In this document: in pieces, positions 37,361-51,325 of the stretch
Position numbering within the stretch: the stretch's first letter is position 1
How the letters are laid out: the number at the start of each line of letters is the position of its first letter
From: Mobula hypostoma
Taxonomy: Eukaryota
NCBI RefSeq assembly: GCF_963921235.1
Contig: NC_086097.1
Coordinates: 158,226,001 to 158,290,000 of the forward strand
DNA length: 64,000 nucleotides
Reading direction: 5' to 3'
The notes under the pieces: generated by a model
What the model saw: only the letters and a program-made list of their open reading frames with translations
What the model was told of the DNA's origin: nothing
Database searches by the model: none
Position numbers and translations under genes: made by a program

Positions 37361-37580
37361 GAACTGCAGAGGCAGGAAAGCTTACACTGTGACAGAATAT
37401 ACTGGAAATATTCTGCAGATCAGGCAGCATCTGTGATGGAGAAGTAATGAAGGTTCAGGTCACCATCTATTTTCAGACTGGTGGATCCTGATGAAAGGTC
37501 ATTGACTTGAAAGATTAGTTGCTTCTTTCTCCATAAGTACGACCTAACCTGCTAAATGCTTGCAGCATTTGTTGTTACTT
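37361..37580. mobile_element. Old head-to-head inverted pLTR pair
   Basis: Minus unit at 37361-37479, then plus unit CTGATGA 37488-37494, aggtc/gactt stem, and GAAA 37509-37512. Confidence 0.6.
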
Positions 37581-38375
37581 TGAGTGGGATAAATTCTGAA
37601 ACCTGAATTTGAAGGTCTAGACAGTTAAGTCTGCGTAAAACCTAAAAGACTGGCATTGCAAAGAGTAAGATTGTAGTTAAGGCTATTTTAACTAAATATA
37701 CACACCTTTCTGCATGAGTTAATATCTGTCATTTGTAACAATGATTTTCTAACATGAAAAAATCTTATGATTGTGACTATTTTTCTAGCTTTCAGCTCAT
37801 TCAAATGATGGTAATGGTGTAATTTCCAGGTTTTGTTCTGATGTGATTTTCAAGCACATTAGTCTGAATCACCACTTACAGAAAAACAGTTTTTAATAAT
37901 ATGAGCCATATTTATAAGATTGAGCACTTCTCCCCCTGCAATCATGCACAGGCTACTGCATAAATCCCTTCAAAGCAAGACTTGTGTTGTCTGACCCCAA
38001 GTCATCATGTCACTAGTTGGTTTCAGCAAGTTCCCTCTCCAATTGACATAGTTTGTAGTGCCGAAAAAAATACCTCAAGGTGGTTTCATGTTCTGAAAAT
38101 CACAAATAAGTAAAAGAAAAATAGAAGAGAATTCTGACAAAATAGTCTGATGAAAGAGGTGGCAAGACTAGAACATTAAGGGGAACTTCCCTAACAGGAG
38201 GAAAATGTGTTATGATGCCCCAAAGGATTTATGCTTGTGTCAGTCTTAACTTGTACTCCAATACTAAGATGGAATGTCTGAGGATGAAGGACCATCCATT
38301 TAAGACAGAGACAAGGTGAAACTTTACAGATGGTTGTACTTAACACGAGTTCAATTACCTGTATCAAAATGAATG

Positions 38376-38892
38376 TACACTCAGGGGCCACTTTATTACC
38401 TCACCTGTACACTTTACTGATGCAAATATCTAATCAGCCAATCATGTGGCAGCAACTCAATGCAGAAAAGCATGCAGACATGGTCAAAACGTTCAATTGT
38501 TGTTCAGACCAGACATCAGAATGAGGAAGAAATGTGATTTAAGTGACTTTGACTGTGGAGAGATTGTTGGTGCCACATGAGGTGGTTTGAGTATCAGAAA
38601 AAGTACTGATCTGGGATTTTCACACATGAATATCTGTAAAGTTAAAGAATGATGTGAAAAATGAACAAAAAATCCAGTTAGCAGCAGTTCTGTAGATGAA
38701 AAAAGCTTCATTAATGAGAGAGGCCAGAGGAGAATGTCCAGGCTGGCACAAGCTGACAGGAAGGCAACAGTAACTAAAATAATGATGCATTATAACAGAA
38801 GAACATCTCTGAACACACAACATGTTGAACCTTGAAGTGGATGGACTACAGCAGCAGAAAACCATGAGCATAGACTTAGTAGCCACTGAATA
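38376..38892 (+). mobile_element. Tc1-like non-autonomous deletion derivative, second copy
   Basis: Colinear with 24932-25492; MRKKCDLSDFDCGEIVGA from 38521. Confidence 0.8.
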
Positions 38893-39029
38893 TGTCGAAT
38901 TTAAGCTGTCATTGGTAGGAATTGGAGAGACATCAGCTTAGTTTTCCTTGTTCACCCCTGTTTACTCATCATTCCTTCAGGTCTGTGTTGCTTACTATGC
39001 ATTTCTCCAGTTTTCATTACCTTTTTTTT

Positions 39030-39445
39030 GAACGGAGAGATTGAGTCACTTGGGGCTGTACTTGCTGGAATTCAGAAGAAGGGGAGGAGATCTTATAGAA
39101 ACGTATAAAATTATGAAAGGGATAGATAAGATAGAGGCAAGAAAGTTGTTTCCACTGGTAGGTGAGACTAGAACTTGGGGACATAGCGTCAAGATTCGGG
39201 TGAGTAGACTTAGGATGGAGATGAGGAGGATCTGCTTTTCACAGAAAGTGGTGAATCTGTGGAATTCTCTGCCCAATGAAGCAGTTGAGGCTACCTCAGT
39301 AATTATATTTAAGACAAGATTGGATAGATTTTTGCATCGTAGGAGATTATGTGGAAAAGGCAGGTAGGCGGAGAAGAGTCCATGGCCAGATTGAACAGCA
39401 GAGCGGGCCAGATGGCCTACTCCTGCTCCTACTTCTTATGTTCTA
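39030..39445 (+). mobile_element. CR1 3' end
   Basis: LGLYLLEFRR.GGDLIETYKIMKGIDK...VVNLWNSLP. Confidence 0.9.
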
Positions 39446-41604
39446 AACTAAGACGTGTTATATAGCCTAATGCTTCATATTCTTTGCAATCCTTTTCATT
39501 CACAGATTCTGTTCCAAAGATCTTTCTATCCTCCTCTCCCCACCGCCCGCAACCTCTCCAGTTCATTCCTATATCTTCTTTATTCCTCACCCAGAAATAT
39601 TGCTGTCACTTCTCATTTTACTTTGTTGGAAGGTGTTACAAATTCAGTTAAATGAATTTGTGCTCTTATTTACAGATGGGAGCTCAGTCTCTATTGTGTC
39701 ATTGATAGCAGCGCCAAACTCCAAAATGAATTACTACCCTGTTACTTCAGATAACTTTTTATTGCTAGCAACTCTTCACTGAACTGGAATATTTTGTGTT
39801 TCTACAATGCAACTTTTTGTACTAGTCAGCTGGTTTTCTTTCACTCTTGGATTTCTTCTATGTACATCATTTTATTTGTTGTGTAGTTCCTTCAGACGAG
39901 ATGCCTCTTGGGCTCAGCTGGGGGTCCACTTCAGAAATGGAGATGTAGCAGTGTGTCTTCAACGGCTGTTATGATGATGACTCTGTGTATATGTCTCAGT
40001 AACCTGTGTTAATTTGGAGTCTGAAGTTTCAAAAACTGTAGCCATAGCTCTGACAAGAGGAATTGGAGCTAATAATTCAAATCTTAATGTATTCTTTTCA
40101 ATTACAGTCCGACCTGAGGTTGGGCAGCATTATAAATGCCAAGGAAATAACTGTGGAATAATAAAAAATATTACCATCGGTATTAAATTATAGTACTATT
40201 TTGTTAATATTCCACAGTTTATGTATAATCAAAAGAGATCAGTTTCTGGTTTACATTTTAAAATTTGGATATTTTGCTATTATTTGCTCACTTCTGAGGA
40301 TCAAGTTATGGAATGTGTTTTCACTTCTGCCTAAGTTGTTTTGATCTTTCTGCGTTTGAAAATTGTGATAATGTGATTCATATCAATGTCTTCATTTAAT
40401 GATGTAGTGTGACAAATGTTGAGGTATAAGCTTAATGCACAAGACTGTGCAGTGAGTTTCCAAGATCTAAGACACTTCTGAAATTGGAGATTGAGGATCA
40501 AATCTGTTTACTTTGTTCTGTGGAAAAGGAGCAAGCAGATTTGTTCAAAGGGCTTTGCAATTGTCTGATTTCTGACATCTATTTCATGCTTTTTTACAAA
40601 AAACAAGACTTTGTGTAGTATATTATGTAAGACTCAGCATTAAAGAATGATAGTTTCCTGCAGCCGTTGATGATAAAAGGCACCTAGATGAAGGAAAATT
40701 GGAGGGCGAATGGGAGGGAAGGGATGGTGAGTTGATCATGGAGTAGGTTGAAAGGTTGGCACAAAGTCATGGAGTAAAGTGCCTAAACTGTGTTGTACAG
40801 TTCTGTGTTCTATGATGACCTGTGGCAGCAGGAATTAATGCTCATATTGTCAAATTACTGATCACAATGTCCCGGTAACCATCTCCACTGATTGTCCAAT
40901 CTAGTTGAAAGAAATTTGGCTAAGGTGATGCATTTCCCAACATTTTAAGTCATATATGTTCCTCAAAAGCTTTGTATGCAAAAGGAAAAGATTTTTTCCC
41001 CCTCAAAGCCTGCTGATGGACAAATACTAATCAATACTTCTTAATTTGAGTCTCTGAGGCCAGTAATAAATAATAAGGTACCTTACATGGTAATATTCCC
41101 AAAGCAATATGTGACAACTGTTTTGACAGCACCAGTTGTGCTAAAGTGGCTAGATGGATTACGGGTGAGATACAGTTCAGCGGCATTGATTAGAATTTGC
41201 AAACACATATAACCTTCTGAGCTCATGATGTGTCAGATTATACATTGGATGCCTAGATTATTGTATGTTGTCTCAGTTAATTTTAATATGTGCATTTCAA
41301 TTACATGTTTGGATGTTGCTGTCACTTCTCTTTAGAAGAGATGGTACCCTGTTGCAGATCTCTGTTAGGTCAGTAGAAATGTCAGAAAACAAATGTCTGC
41401 TGCTGAATAATATTGCTTGCTGCTTTCTTTCCAGTTTTACTTGGACTTTCATAACCTTGTCAGGTAATGGAAAGGGGAGCCGGGAGGGGGAATGTTATAT
41501 CAGTAAATCTTATAGGCAAAACTGATTGCAAAAGAATCTAAATTATTAATTTTCCTGTGGTTGACAATGAAGGATTTGGAATAGATTAGCAACAATATCT
41601 CATG

Positions 41605-42530
41605 CACAATCTCCATCAGCATAGGTGCACCACAAGGCTGTGTGCTTTGGCCACTGCGCTAGTCACATTTACACTTGTGACTGTGTGACTAAGCACAGCT
41701 CCAGTGCCATACTTAAGTTGATAACTGCACTGGTGACAAATCATCATATAGAGGGAGATTGAAAATCTAGCTGAGGAGTGCCACAACAACCTCATATTCA
41801 ATGTCAGCAAGACCAAGGAGTAGATTATTGACTTCAGGAGGAGGGAACCGGAGGCCCATGAACCAGTCCTCATTGTGTGGAGAGTCAGTAACTTTAAATT
41901 CCTCGGTATTATTATTTTGGGGGACCTGTCATGTACCCAGCTCATAAGTGCAATTACAAAGAAAGCTTCTACTTTCTTATATGTTTGCAAAGACTCATCA
42001 TGGCAAACTTCTATAGATTTGCAGTGGAGAGCATATGGACTGGCTACATCACAGCCTGGTATGTCACAGGAAAGCAGCATCCATCACTGAGAGCACCACT
42101 GTCCAGGTCATGCTCTTTTCTCACTGCTGCCATGAGGAAGAAGGTACAGGAGTTTTGGATGCATAGTACCACTTTCAGGAACAGTTATTACTCCTCAACC
42201 ATCAAGCTCTGAACCAATGGCAATAACTTCATTCACCCTCACTTGCTTCATAACTGAACTGTCCCCACACCGTATGAACTCACCTTCCAATGACTCTTCG
42301 TCTATGTGTTTCAATATTTATTACCTATTTATTTATTATCATTATTATTTATCTCTTGTGTTTGCACAGTTTGTTGTCTTTTGTACACTGGTTGTTAGTC
42401 TGCCCTGTTGGGTGCGGCCTTTCATTGATACTATTTTGGTTCTTGGATTTACTGAGTATGTCTGCAAGAAAACAAATCTCAGGTTTGTATGTGGTGATAT
42501 ATATGATAGTAAGTTTACTTTAAACTTTTA
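41605..42530 (+). mobile_element. Rex1/Babar-type RT to 3' end, decayed
   Basis: GAPQGCVL, NVSKTKE, SNFKFLG, FRNSYY. Confidence 0.8.
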
Positions 42531-42982
42531 TATGTTTGCAAATGCTAATTCAGTTTAATGATGTCCATGGATCTGGGCAGGATTTTACACCTGAAAATTT
42601 GAAGTGATAAAATGTGGTGATCTGGTTATTTAGTTATTCTTGTTTAATGCTGCTGGGCTGTGGTTATGTAGTAGTTCCATTCGTTGTGTTGGTATTTAAT
42701 AGGGTGGATTTTGGTGGGAATTTCAGAAAAGCAGCTGTGAATTGAGATGGATAAATGGTTGGTTGTGCTTGCCTGGTTTCTACTCGTGAGGAAATTGTGG
42801 GTCTAATTGGCAAGTGTTACAGAGTGCACGTACTTTATATTAATTGCTGCCTTTTATCTTTATATTCATGTTCTAGGATGTTGGTGTTGTTGGCAAGTTC
42901 AGTATTGTCCCACTGAAGTTGGTGATAAGCTGCTGCGGTCCAAGGTGATTCAAATTTATTGTTAAAAGCATATGTACAGGTA

Positions 42983-43275
42983 CAGGATGTCATGAACAGA
43001 GCAAGCACAAAAAGAGAAATAATGTATGAGATCATGAAAAGGCAACATTACTTCATTGGACATGTGATTGGGAAAGAGGAGTTAGAATGCACTGTAATTA
43101 TGGGAAAGATTGAAGGGAAGAAAGCAAAAGGAAGGCAAAGACAAATGATCATGGAGACAGCAGCTAGAAAACTGGAAGTGAATACCAATGAGTTGATCCA
43201 CTTAAGCTGAAACAGGAGTGTGTGGGCCATGGCAGTCAAAGCTGAATCTGGGCGTGGCACCTAATGCTGATGGTG
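42983..43275 (+). mobile_element. RTE-clade LINE 3' end with 7-bp TSD, inserted in a minus-strand Rex1 tail (to ~43640)
   Basis: KRQHYFIGHVIGKEELE..VIMGKIEGKKAKGRQR. TSD acaggta at 42976-42982 and 43276-43282. Confidence 0.8.
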
Positions 43276-44879
43276 ACAGGTATGCATGGGTGAAATTAAA
43301 ACCTTACTTGCAGTAGCATCAAAAGCACATAGCATTCATAACAAAACCATGTATTAAGCACCAATTATACTTGAATTTTAAGAAAAGGAACATAACTAGA
43401 ACAAAAAAGAATCAAATCCATTTTAGTGCAGGGTGAGCATGGTGTTGCTAAGCTGTAGTGATCTGGGTTACGCCGGTTCAAAAATGGAAGTAGCTGTTTT
43501 TGAACCCTGTGATGTGAGACTTGAAGGTTATGTACCTCCTGCCTGATGATAGCTGTGAGAAACTGGCATGGACTGGATAGTGGTAATCTTTGATGACAGA
43601 TGCTTGGAGCAGCACCTCCTGTAGATACTACCAATGGTGGGATTTGCTCCCGCAGTATCTTGTACAGCTAGTTCCCATATTAGGCCATAGGTAATGATGT
43701 AACAGGTATGTTACTTGGAGGAACCTGCAGGTAATGACAAGCTTGTGAATCTACTGCCCCATTTATGGACTCAGTAAATTATGTAACATGGGTGGTTTAA
43801 TGCAGTGCAGTTTATATCTAATACAAGCTTCAGTCACAATAGTTATGGAAATAGTATTCATTGAAACTTAACTTGGGGTTCATGACACCAGATTAAATCC
43901 TACTTTGATATGACTTCATGAGTTCAGTTCTTTTCTCTATCTTCGGATGAGATAGCAATAAGGTCTAGTGTCAAATGTTCCTGGTGAAATCTAATCTGAG
44001 CATAATCAGTGAGTAAATGCCTTTTAACAACATGGTCAGTGATACCTTCCATCAAATTAATCTTGATTGAAATGTGACAACTTTCAGTAAGTAGCTGGAT
44101 TAGATTTGACATTTTTATGTGAACACAACATACTTGAGCAATCTTTCACATCACTGTGTGGATGACAGCTGTAACTGTGCTACAACAGAATGGCTAAAGG
44201 CATGCCCAGTTCTGAACTGTGGTTGTATCCATTGGTCTCGGCAATTTCGTGATATAATTTCACGTGAATTGATTTGAACAAAATTGGCTTTTTGATGACT
44301 GGGACTTTGGACAAAGCCAAGATAGATTATTTCATTCTTGCTTCCAATTGAAGTTGGATGAAAAAGATTCAACTTTGTCTTTGGCACCTCACCTGTGAGC
44401 TGTTTAAATATTCACCACCATTAGTGATTGGATTTGGCATGTCTGCAGAGCTTTGATCTGACCTGCTGTCCATTTGTACTATTTACCTCTGTCCAAGGCA
44501 TGCGACTTTTACTGAAAAGTTGCATTTAGTCCTACATTACATCTTCACTGGATTGCCACCTCGTTTTCGGGTATACTTGTTCTGCATACTTGGCTGCAGG
44601 TACACGGTGACATCTGTGATGTGTTGCTGCTAGGTGGAATGAAAACTTCAGGAGAGGGTGGGTTGTCCATTAAGTGACTTGCTTTGTTCTAGATGGTGTT
44701 GATCTTATTGAGAGTTGTTGAAGCTGCTTTTGGGCAGACAACTTCAGAATATTCAGTTGTATTCTTGACTTGTGCTTTGGAAATAGCAGGAAGACCTGGA
44801 GATTCCGGAATCAAATCACTTGCCGTAGGGTATAGTATCTGACATTCTGTTGCAGCCACTGCGTTCATGCAGGTTGTGT

Positions 44880-45905
44880 TTAGATGGTTGCCTCTCTGAC
44901 TGGAAGCCTGTGACAATGTTGTGGTGCAGTAATTGGTGGTGGGTCTGTGGTTGTTTGTCATCTATATCAATCGTCTGGACGATAATGTGGTAAACTGGAT
45001 TAACAAATTTGTGGAAGGCACCAAGATTGTTAGTGGACAAAGAGGAAGGCTATCAAAGCTTGCAGTGGGATCTAGACCAGCTGGAAAAATGGGCTGCAAA
45101 ATGGCAGTTGGAATTTAATGCGGACAAGTGTGAGGTGTTGCACTTTTGGAGGACAAGCCAGGGTAGGTCTTGCATGGTGAGTGGCAGGGCACTGAGGAGT
45201 GCAGTAGAACAGAGAGATCAGGAAATACAGATCCCTAATTCCTTGAAAGTGGCGTTGTAGGTAGATATGGTCCTAAAGAAAGCCTTTGGCTTCATAAATC
45301 TGTGTATTGAGTACAGGAGTTAGGATGTTATGTCAAAATTGAATAAGAGGTTGGTGAAGTCTAATTTGGACTATTGTATGCAGTTCTGGTTACCTTCTTA
45401 CAGGAGAATTTCATTCAGATTGAAAGAGTGCGGAGAAAATTTACAAGGATATTGTCAAGAATTGAGAACCTGAGTTACTGAGAAAGGTGAATAGGTTAGG
45501 ATGTTATTCCCCAGACCATAGCAGAATGCGGGAAGATTTGATAGAGGTATACAAAATTATGAGGGATATAGATACGATAAATGCAAACAGCTTTTTCCAC
45601 TGAGGTGGGGGAGACTAAAACTAGAGGTCATGGGTTAAGGGTGAAAGGTGAACTGTGTATGGGGAACATGAGGGAGAACTTATTCGCTCAGAGGGTGGTG
45701 AGAATGAGGAAAGAGCTGCCAATGTAAGTGGTGGATGTGGGGTCCATTTCAACATGTAAGAGAAGTTTGGATAGGTACATGGATAGGAGGGCTACAGAGG
45801 GCAATGATCTGAGTTCAGGTCAATGGGACTAGGCAGATTAATAGTTTAGCACTAACTGGATAGGTCAAAAGACCTGTTTCTTTGTGCAGTGTAAAGCCTA
45901 TAACT
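44880..45905 (+). mobile_element. CR1 RT to 3' end
   Basis: LFVIYIN.LDDNVVNWINKFV..TKI; LQWDLDQLEKWAAKWQLEFNADKCEVLHF. Confidence 0.9.
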
Positions 45906-46620
45906 CAAAAAAAAGATGGATAAATATGTGCCTTCTGCTTTATTTTGAAAGGTCCCATTCACCTACTGGTTCCCAAAAACCTCAGGAATGGTTTCCTGTC
46001 TGTGCTTCTGCAGCCTTTCAGCGCATTCCATTGCAGAATATATCCAATCCATTTGCAGCCTCCTCATCGCTCTCTTAAGGCTGTTCTTAGTCTTTATGGA
46101 CAATGCCCCTAAGTGGCAGTCTTTCTTAGAAGTGTTTCAAGGTGGCTAAAATTGAAACTTTGTCTGACCTTGATCTAAGATTTTTGTATGCACAGGACCA
46201 TTTAAAGAATATTGCAGCAATGAACATGCAGTCTGTGCAAATTCTTGATTCATTTTTAATGCAATTTTAAGAAAGTGTGTGTGAGGATGTAACAAGCAGA
46301 GAATATAAGGAGGCACTGGACACAGAAAATCAGGGGCAACACACTGTGGACAACATGGTCATATGGACAGATAATTTCGTAATTGACTATCCTGGCTTAG
46401 CTTTTATCTATTCTGCTTGATCCTCTGAGTTCCTCCAGTACCTTGTGTTTCTTCAGACTTCAGATTCTGCTCCTGTTGTCTCCAAGTTCTTGAATCCCTC
46501 ACTTTGTTCAGCAGAGCAACAAAAATTAATAGAAAAAAAATTAAGTTCCATTTCTTCAGCTGTATTACATTGCAAGTGGAAGCTATTCATCTGTAATATA
46601 ATAATACAGTAATTTTCTAA

Positions 46621-46760
46621 ATACAAGGGATTCTACTGAATCTGGAAATCCTGAGCAACTAACAGAAAATGCTGGAGGAACTGAGCAGGACAGGCAGCAC
46701 CTATGGAGTGGGAAAAAAAAACTGTCAACGCTTTGGGCCAAGACCCTTCATCAGAACTCC
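46621..46760 (-). mobile_element. Solo pLTR insertion, intermediate age, 11-bp TSD, hammerhead GAAA box mutated
   Basis: TSD taattttctaa at 46610-46620 and 46761-46771. The minus strand reads CTGATGA-agggtcttggccc-AAAGcgtt-gac. Confidence 0.85.
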
Positions 46761-48949
46761 TAATTTTCTAATTTGTTTGGACAAGGGAGCTCAGTTTTGC
46801 TACCTATTGGAGCTAAAGTCTATGCAGAGTATGAGATTTCTTTGTCTCCTAAGCCAAAGCTTAAAACAGTAACCTGGTCATTGTTATCTCACTGTTGCCT
46901 GTGAAGATTTGTTTGTGTATACTGATACTTACCTTGGTTCTGCATTGGTCACAGATGATTAGAAGCAACAGCTATAGCAACAGTATTAAAAGAAGGGAGA
47001 GTGAAAAAAGAGAATCACAGTAATCAGCTTGATGTCACTTGACAGGGACATATAGAAATCAGTTTTTAGGGGGCATACTGGCGTTTAGAAAATTATTATA
47101 CAAGATAAATCCAATACAGTTTTAAGAAAGTGATTGATGATGTAACAAAATGAGCAGGTAAGGCAGTTCTGGTACAAAAATTAAGGAGGTTACGGCATTG
47201 TGAACAATATATTAGTATGGATAAAGCATTTGTTAATAGGCATTAAAGGCACTTGCATACTGGTTGTGTTCTGCAATTATTTATAGGATATCAAAATGAT
47301 TGGCACCAGATTCAGTTATTTGCCATTTATGTTAAAGACAGATGAAAGGACATGTTGAAATTTGCTGATTATGAAAAACAAAGTAAATGAATATTCAGTG
47401 GTACACTGACAAATTTTCTAAATGCCGAAATGTTCCAGATGGAGTCTAATTAGAAGAAATGTGAGGTATTAGAAGGGAGAGGGTAGCATTTTTTTGAAGG
47501 TGAGTTATAAGCAAATTTTGATGCCCAGATGGAACTGTAAGATAAACATGTAGAAAAAAAAAGTGGTTCAGCAAACAAGTGATCAATTTCAAAGTTCAAA
47601 GTTTAATTTATTATCAAAGTACATTTATGTCACCATATACTACCTTGAAATTCATCTTCTTATGGCCATTCACAATAGATACAAAGAAATACAATGGAAT
47701 CAATGAAAAACTATGTACCTACAAAAACGGAGAAACAACCAGACTGAAAAGGAAGCTAATTTGTGAAAATACAGAAAGGGGTGATAAATATTATTGAGAA
47801 CATGAGTAGATGAGTAGTAGAGAGTGTGAAAGTGAGTCCATAAGTTGTGGAATCAGTTCAGTGTTGAGGTGAATGAAGTTATCCATGCTAGCTCAGGAGT
47901 CTGATAGTTTAAGTGTTGTAACTATTCGCGAACCTGGTGGTCTGGGGAAACATTTCCCAATTGAAAGCTGTGATCCTTCAGAATTTTCTACGATAAAATC
48001 TGTGGTTTCATAGAGTATATTCTCAGGGTTATATATGAGAACATATGTGTATTTTGATAATATATTTATGATGAACTTTGAGAAAGATTTTAAACTCCAG
48101 AGTTTCAAGTGATATAGGAACATATTGCAAAAGGAGAAGGTGATTAAGGATATTTCTGAATGGTGGATCAGGCTTAGGCAACTTTCCAGTCTTACTGCTA
48201 TTTTGTAAATTCTTACTTTACGGCTGTGATCACAGTTCAGAAGTACTTTATCGGCTGAAAAGAACTGTGCGCCATCCTAAAATCAAAGTTCAAAGTGCAT
48301 TTATTATCAAAGTATGTATACACTATATAACAGTGAGATTTGTCTCCCCATAAGCAGCCGCAAAACAAAGAAAGCTCAAGAACTTTTAAAAAAAACGACC
48401 ATCAAACTTGTTGTAAATAAAGTGTTATTAAATCATGAACAATGATAAAGAATGGTAAAGAAATGCAGATTTTAAATGAGTCCAGAACAAATCAGAATGT
48501 ACTTTCACACTGAATGCAAAAAGGGGGAAAAAGTGATGGTGCAAATAAATGCACTGTCTCAAAGTTTGCCAGATTTAACGTCTAGACTTGGAACACTGTG
48601 TTAAAGAGTGGGATGGGAAGGGGAAGTACATTTTGAGCCAGGAAGCGCATTAAATAGCTGGTGAGCAACATTAGAAAATGGTTCATTTAGGATTATTTAG
48701 GATTATTTATAGTGTTTTGATGGGGCATGGTTTACAGGTGGCAAGGTGAAAACCAGAATCTGTACTGATAAAATTCAGTCTGAACTCAAAATAGTTGAGA
48801 AACACAACTGCAAAACAATTCTTGCAATATTTAAACTAGAAGGGCTTTACGGCTTTCTTCAAGATCTGGATTCTTAGCTTGACAGTAGTATGAAGGGCAA
48901 TTCTGGGTGTAGTTTCAGGGGGTGAAGGAGTATTCGTGTGAGAGTTAAC

Positions 48950-49487
48950 CATAGAAAATGCAGGAAGAACTCAGCAGTTCAGGCTACATCTAGTAGGAGA
49001 AATCGATGTTCATGCTATCAGGTTGGAGGCCACCTAGACAGAATATGAGGTATTGTTCTTCCACCATGATAGTAGCCTCATCATGGCAGAAGAGGAGCCC
49101 ATGGACTGACATGTTGGAATGGGAATTGGGGTAAGAATTAAAATAATTGGCCACTGGGAATTTCTGCTTTTGCCAGATGGAGTGGAGGTGCTCGACAAAA
49201 CAATCTCCCAATATGAGTCAGGTCCCAGTGCACATCAGGAGCACTGGATACAATAGACACCCCCAATAGATTAGCAGGTGAAGTGTTGCCCTACCTGGAA
49301 AGGCTGATTGGGGTCATGAATGGGCAGGTGTAGTGTTTCTCTTGTTTGCAAGGGTATGTGACAGGAGTAAGATTAGTAGGTAGGGATGAAATAGACAAGG
49401 AAATCACAGAGGGAGCGATCCCTGTAGAAATTAGAGAGTGGGGGTGGTGTAAAGTAAAGATTTGTTTGGTGGTAGGACCCTGTTGAA
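48950..49487 (-). mobile_element. Penelope-like GIY-YIG fragment
   Basis: GDCFVEHLHSI...PVANYFNS...EEQYLIFCLGGLQPDSMNIDFS. Confidence 0.85.
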
Positions 49488-50189
49488 AGTGTTTATTATG
49501 AAAGTGAACAAAGATGAAGAAGGCAAAAATTTTTCATTTAACTTCTGGTGAGAAGCTAATGAACTGAAATGCTGGTTGTTTCTTTCTAAACAGATGATGT
49601 CTGTCCGCTGATAATTTACAGTATTTTCTGTTGTATTTCAAATTTTCCACATCTGCAAGGGTTTTATTTGGCTTTCAGTGAAATTTTTAAATTGAGAGAA
49701 AGAAAATTGTATTCATCTGAATTATCATAATGCAGGAATGAACTAGAACCAGCATGAAAATGGGTCCTTCTCCCATCGAGTCCGTCCTGACCATCAGCCA
49801 CTCCTGCATTTTCATCAACTCTCCCATTATCGTACCACCCACCTTGTCATGATGCTGGTCAATCTTAGAGCCAAGGGAGGTGCTCACAGAGAACCAAAGG
49901 TTCAATGTCAGCATGTTCTAACAAATTATAAGAGTGATACTGCAAAAGTAGAATCTCCAAATAATCAAATGCATGCATGTAGGCAAAAGTAGGAAATGGA
50001 AACTTGTGTGAGATCTTAATGCAGGAAAATGTGTAGAGGAATGTAAGAAGTTGTATGAGAGAAATAGGAGCAAAATAAGTTAAACACTTGTTTGAACCAT
50101 TCAATCAGATCATGTCTGATAAAGTTTTGGCTTCAACACTACTTTCACGTTCTCTCTTCCCATTTTTCTGACCATCTTTTGAACTGTGC

Positions 50190-51325
50190 AACCTTTACGC
50201 AGACTTCGAGGCATGCAACACAACACCAGCCATGAACTCTACCCTCTTCCCAGGTGAACAGCCACTGTCTGTAACAGAGCAGAGGTGAGAAGGACTCTGC
50301 AGAGTCAATCCCCGTAAGGTGGCTGGGCCAGACAGCATCCCAGGCTGAGTACTAAGGAAGCATGCACACCAACTCACTGGCGTCTTCTTGGACATTTTCA
50401 ACACTTCATTCATCCAGGCTGCTGTCCCCACATGCTCCCTGATTCAGAGAGGAGGTGGAAGAACTTGAGCCTGAAGCCAGGCAAATAAACTCTTCCTTAA
50501 TGTCAAGAAGACAAAGGAGATGGTTATCAACTTCAGGAGAACTCGCACCACTCACACTCTTCCCCCAGCCCCCCGCTTCACATCAGCAGCACAACAATGG
50601 AAATTACTAGCAGTTTCAAACTCCTGGGAGTGTACATCATACACAACCTCTGATGATCCCAGATTACATCCTACATAGTCAAGAAAGTTTACCAATGCCT
50701 CTACTTTCTGAGGAGGCTGAAGAGAGATGGACTTTGCACAACTGTACTCACATTATTCTACAGATGTGTAGTAGAGAGCATCCTAACAAACTGCATCCTT
50801 GCTTGGTGCGGAAACTACAGTGCGTTAGACAGGAAGGCTCTACAACTGGTAGTCAAAACTGTCCAATGCATCACTGGCACTAGCCTACCCACCATCAAGG
50901 GCAGATATATAGAAAGGTGCCAGCAAAGGGCCAGTAACATCACGAAGCCCCCCACACACCTTGATTGTGGACTATTTGTCCCACTTCATTCAGGGAGGGG
51001 GCTACCTAGCATCCATACCATAGCAGTCAGACTGAAAAACAATTGTATTCCCCAAGCTGTGAGACTAATCAACACCTCCACCCATTAACTCCATACCTAT
51101 TTTATTATTTCCCATTATTTAGCGGCACTTCATGGACATACAATTAATCTATGTATATAAACTATCTTATTTATTTACATCATTTGTGTGTGATTTTTGT
51201 TATTATTGCGTTCTTTATCTTTTGTGTTTTTTGTGTTGTTTCGGATCTGGAGTAACAAATATCTTGTTCTCCTTACACTTGTGTACAGGAAATGACATCA
51301 AACAATCTTGTGTCTCGAATCTCTC
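50190..51325 (+). mobile_element. Rex1/Babar-type LINE with internal deletion
   Basis: RVNPRKVAGPDSIPG, GVFLDIFN.S, NVKKTKEM.INFRR, SSFKLLGV. Confidence 0.85.
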
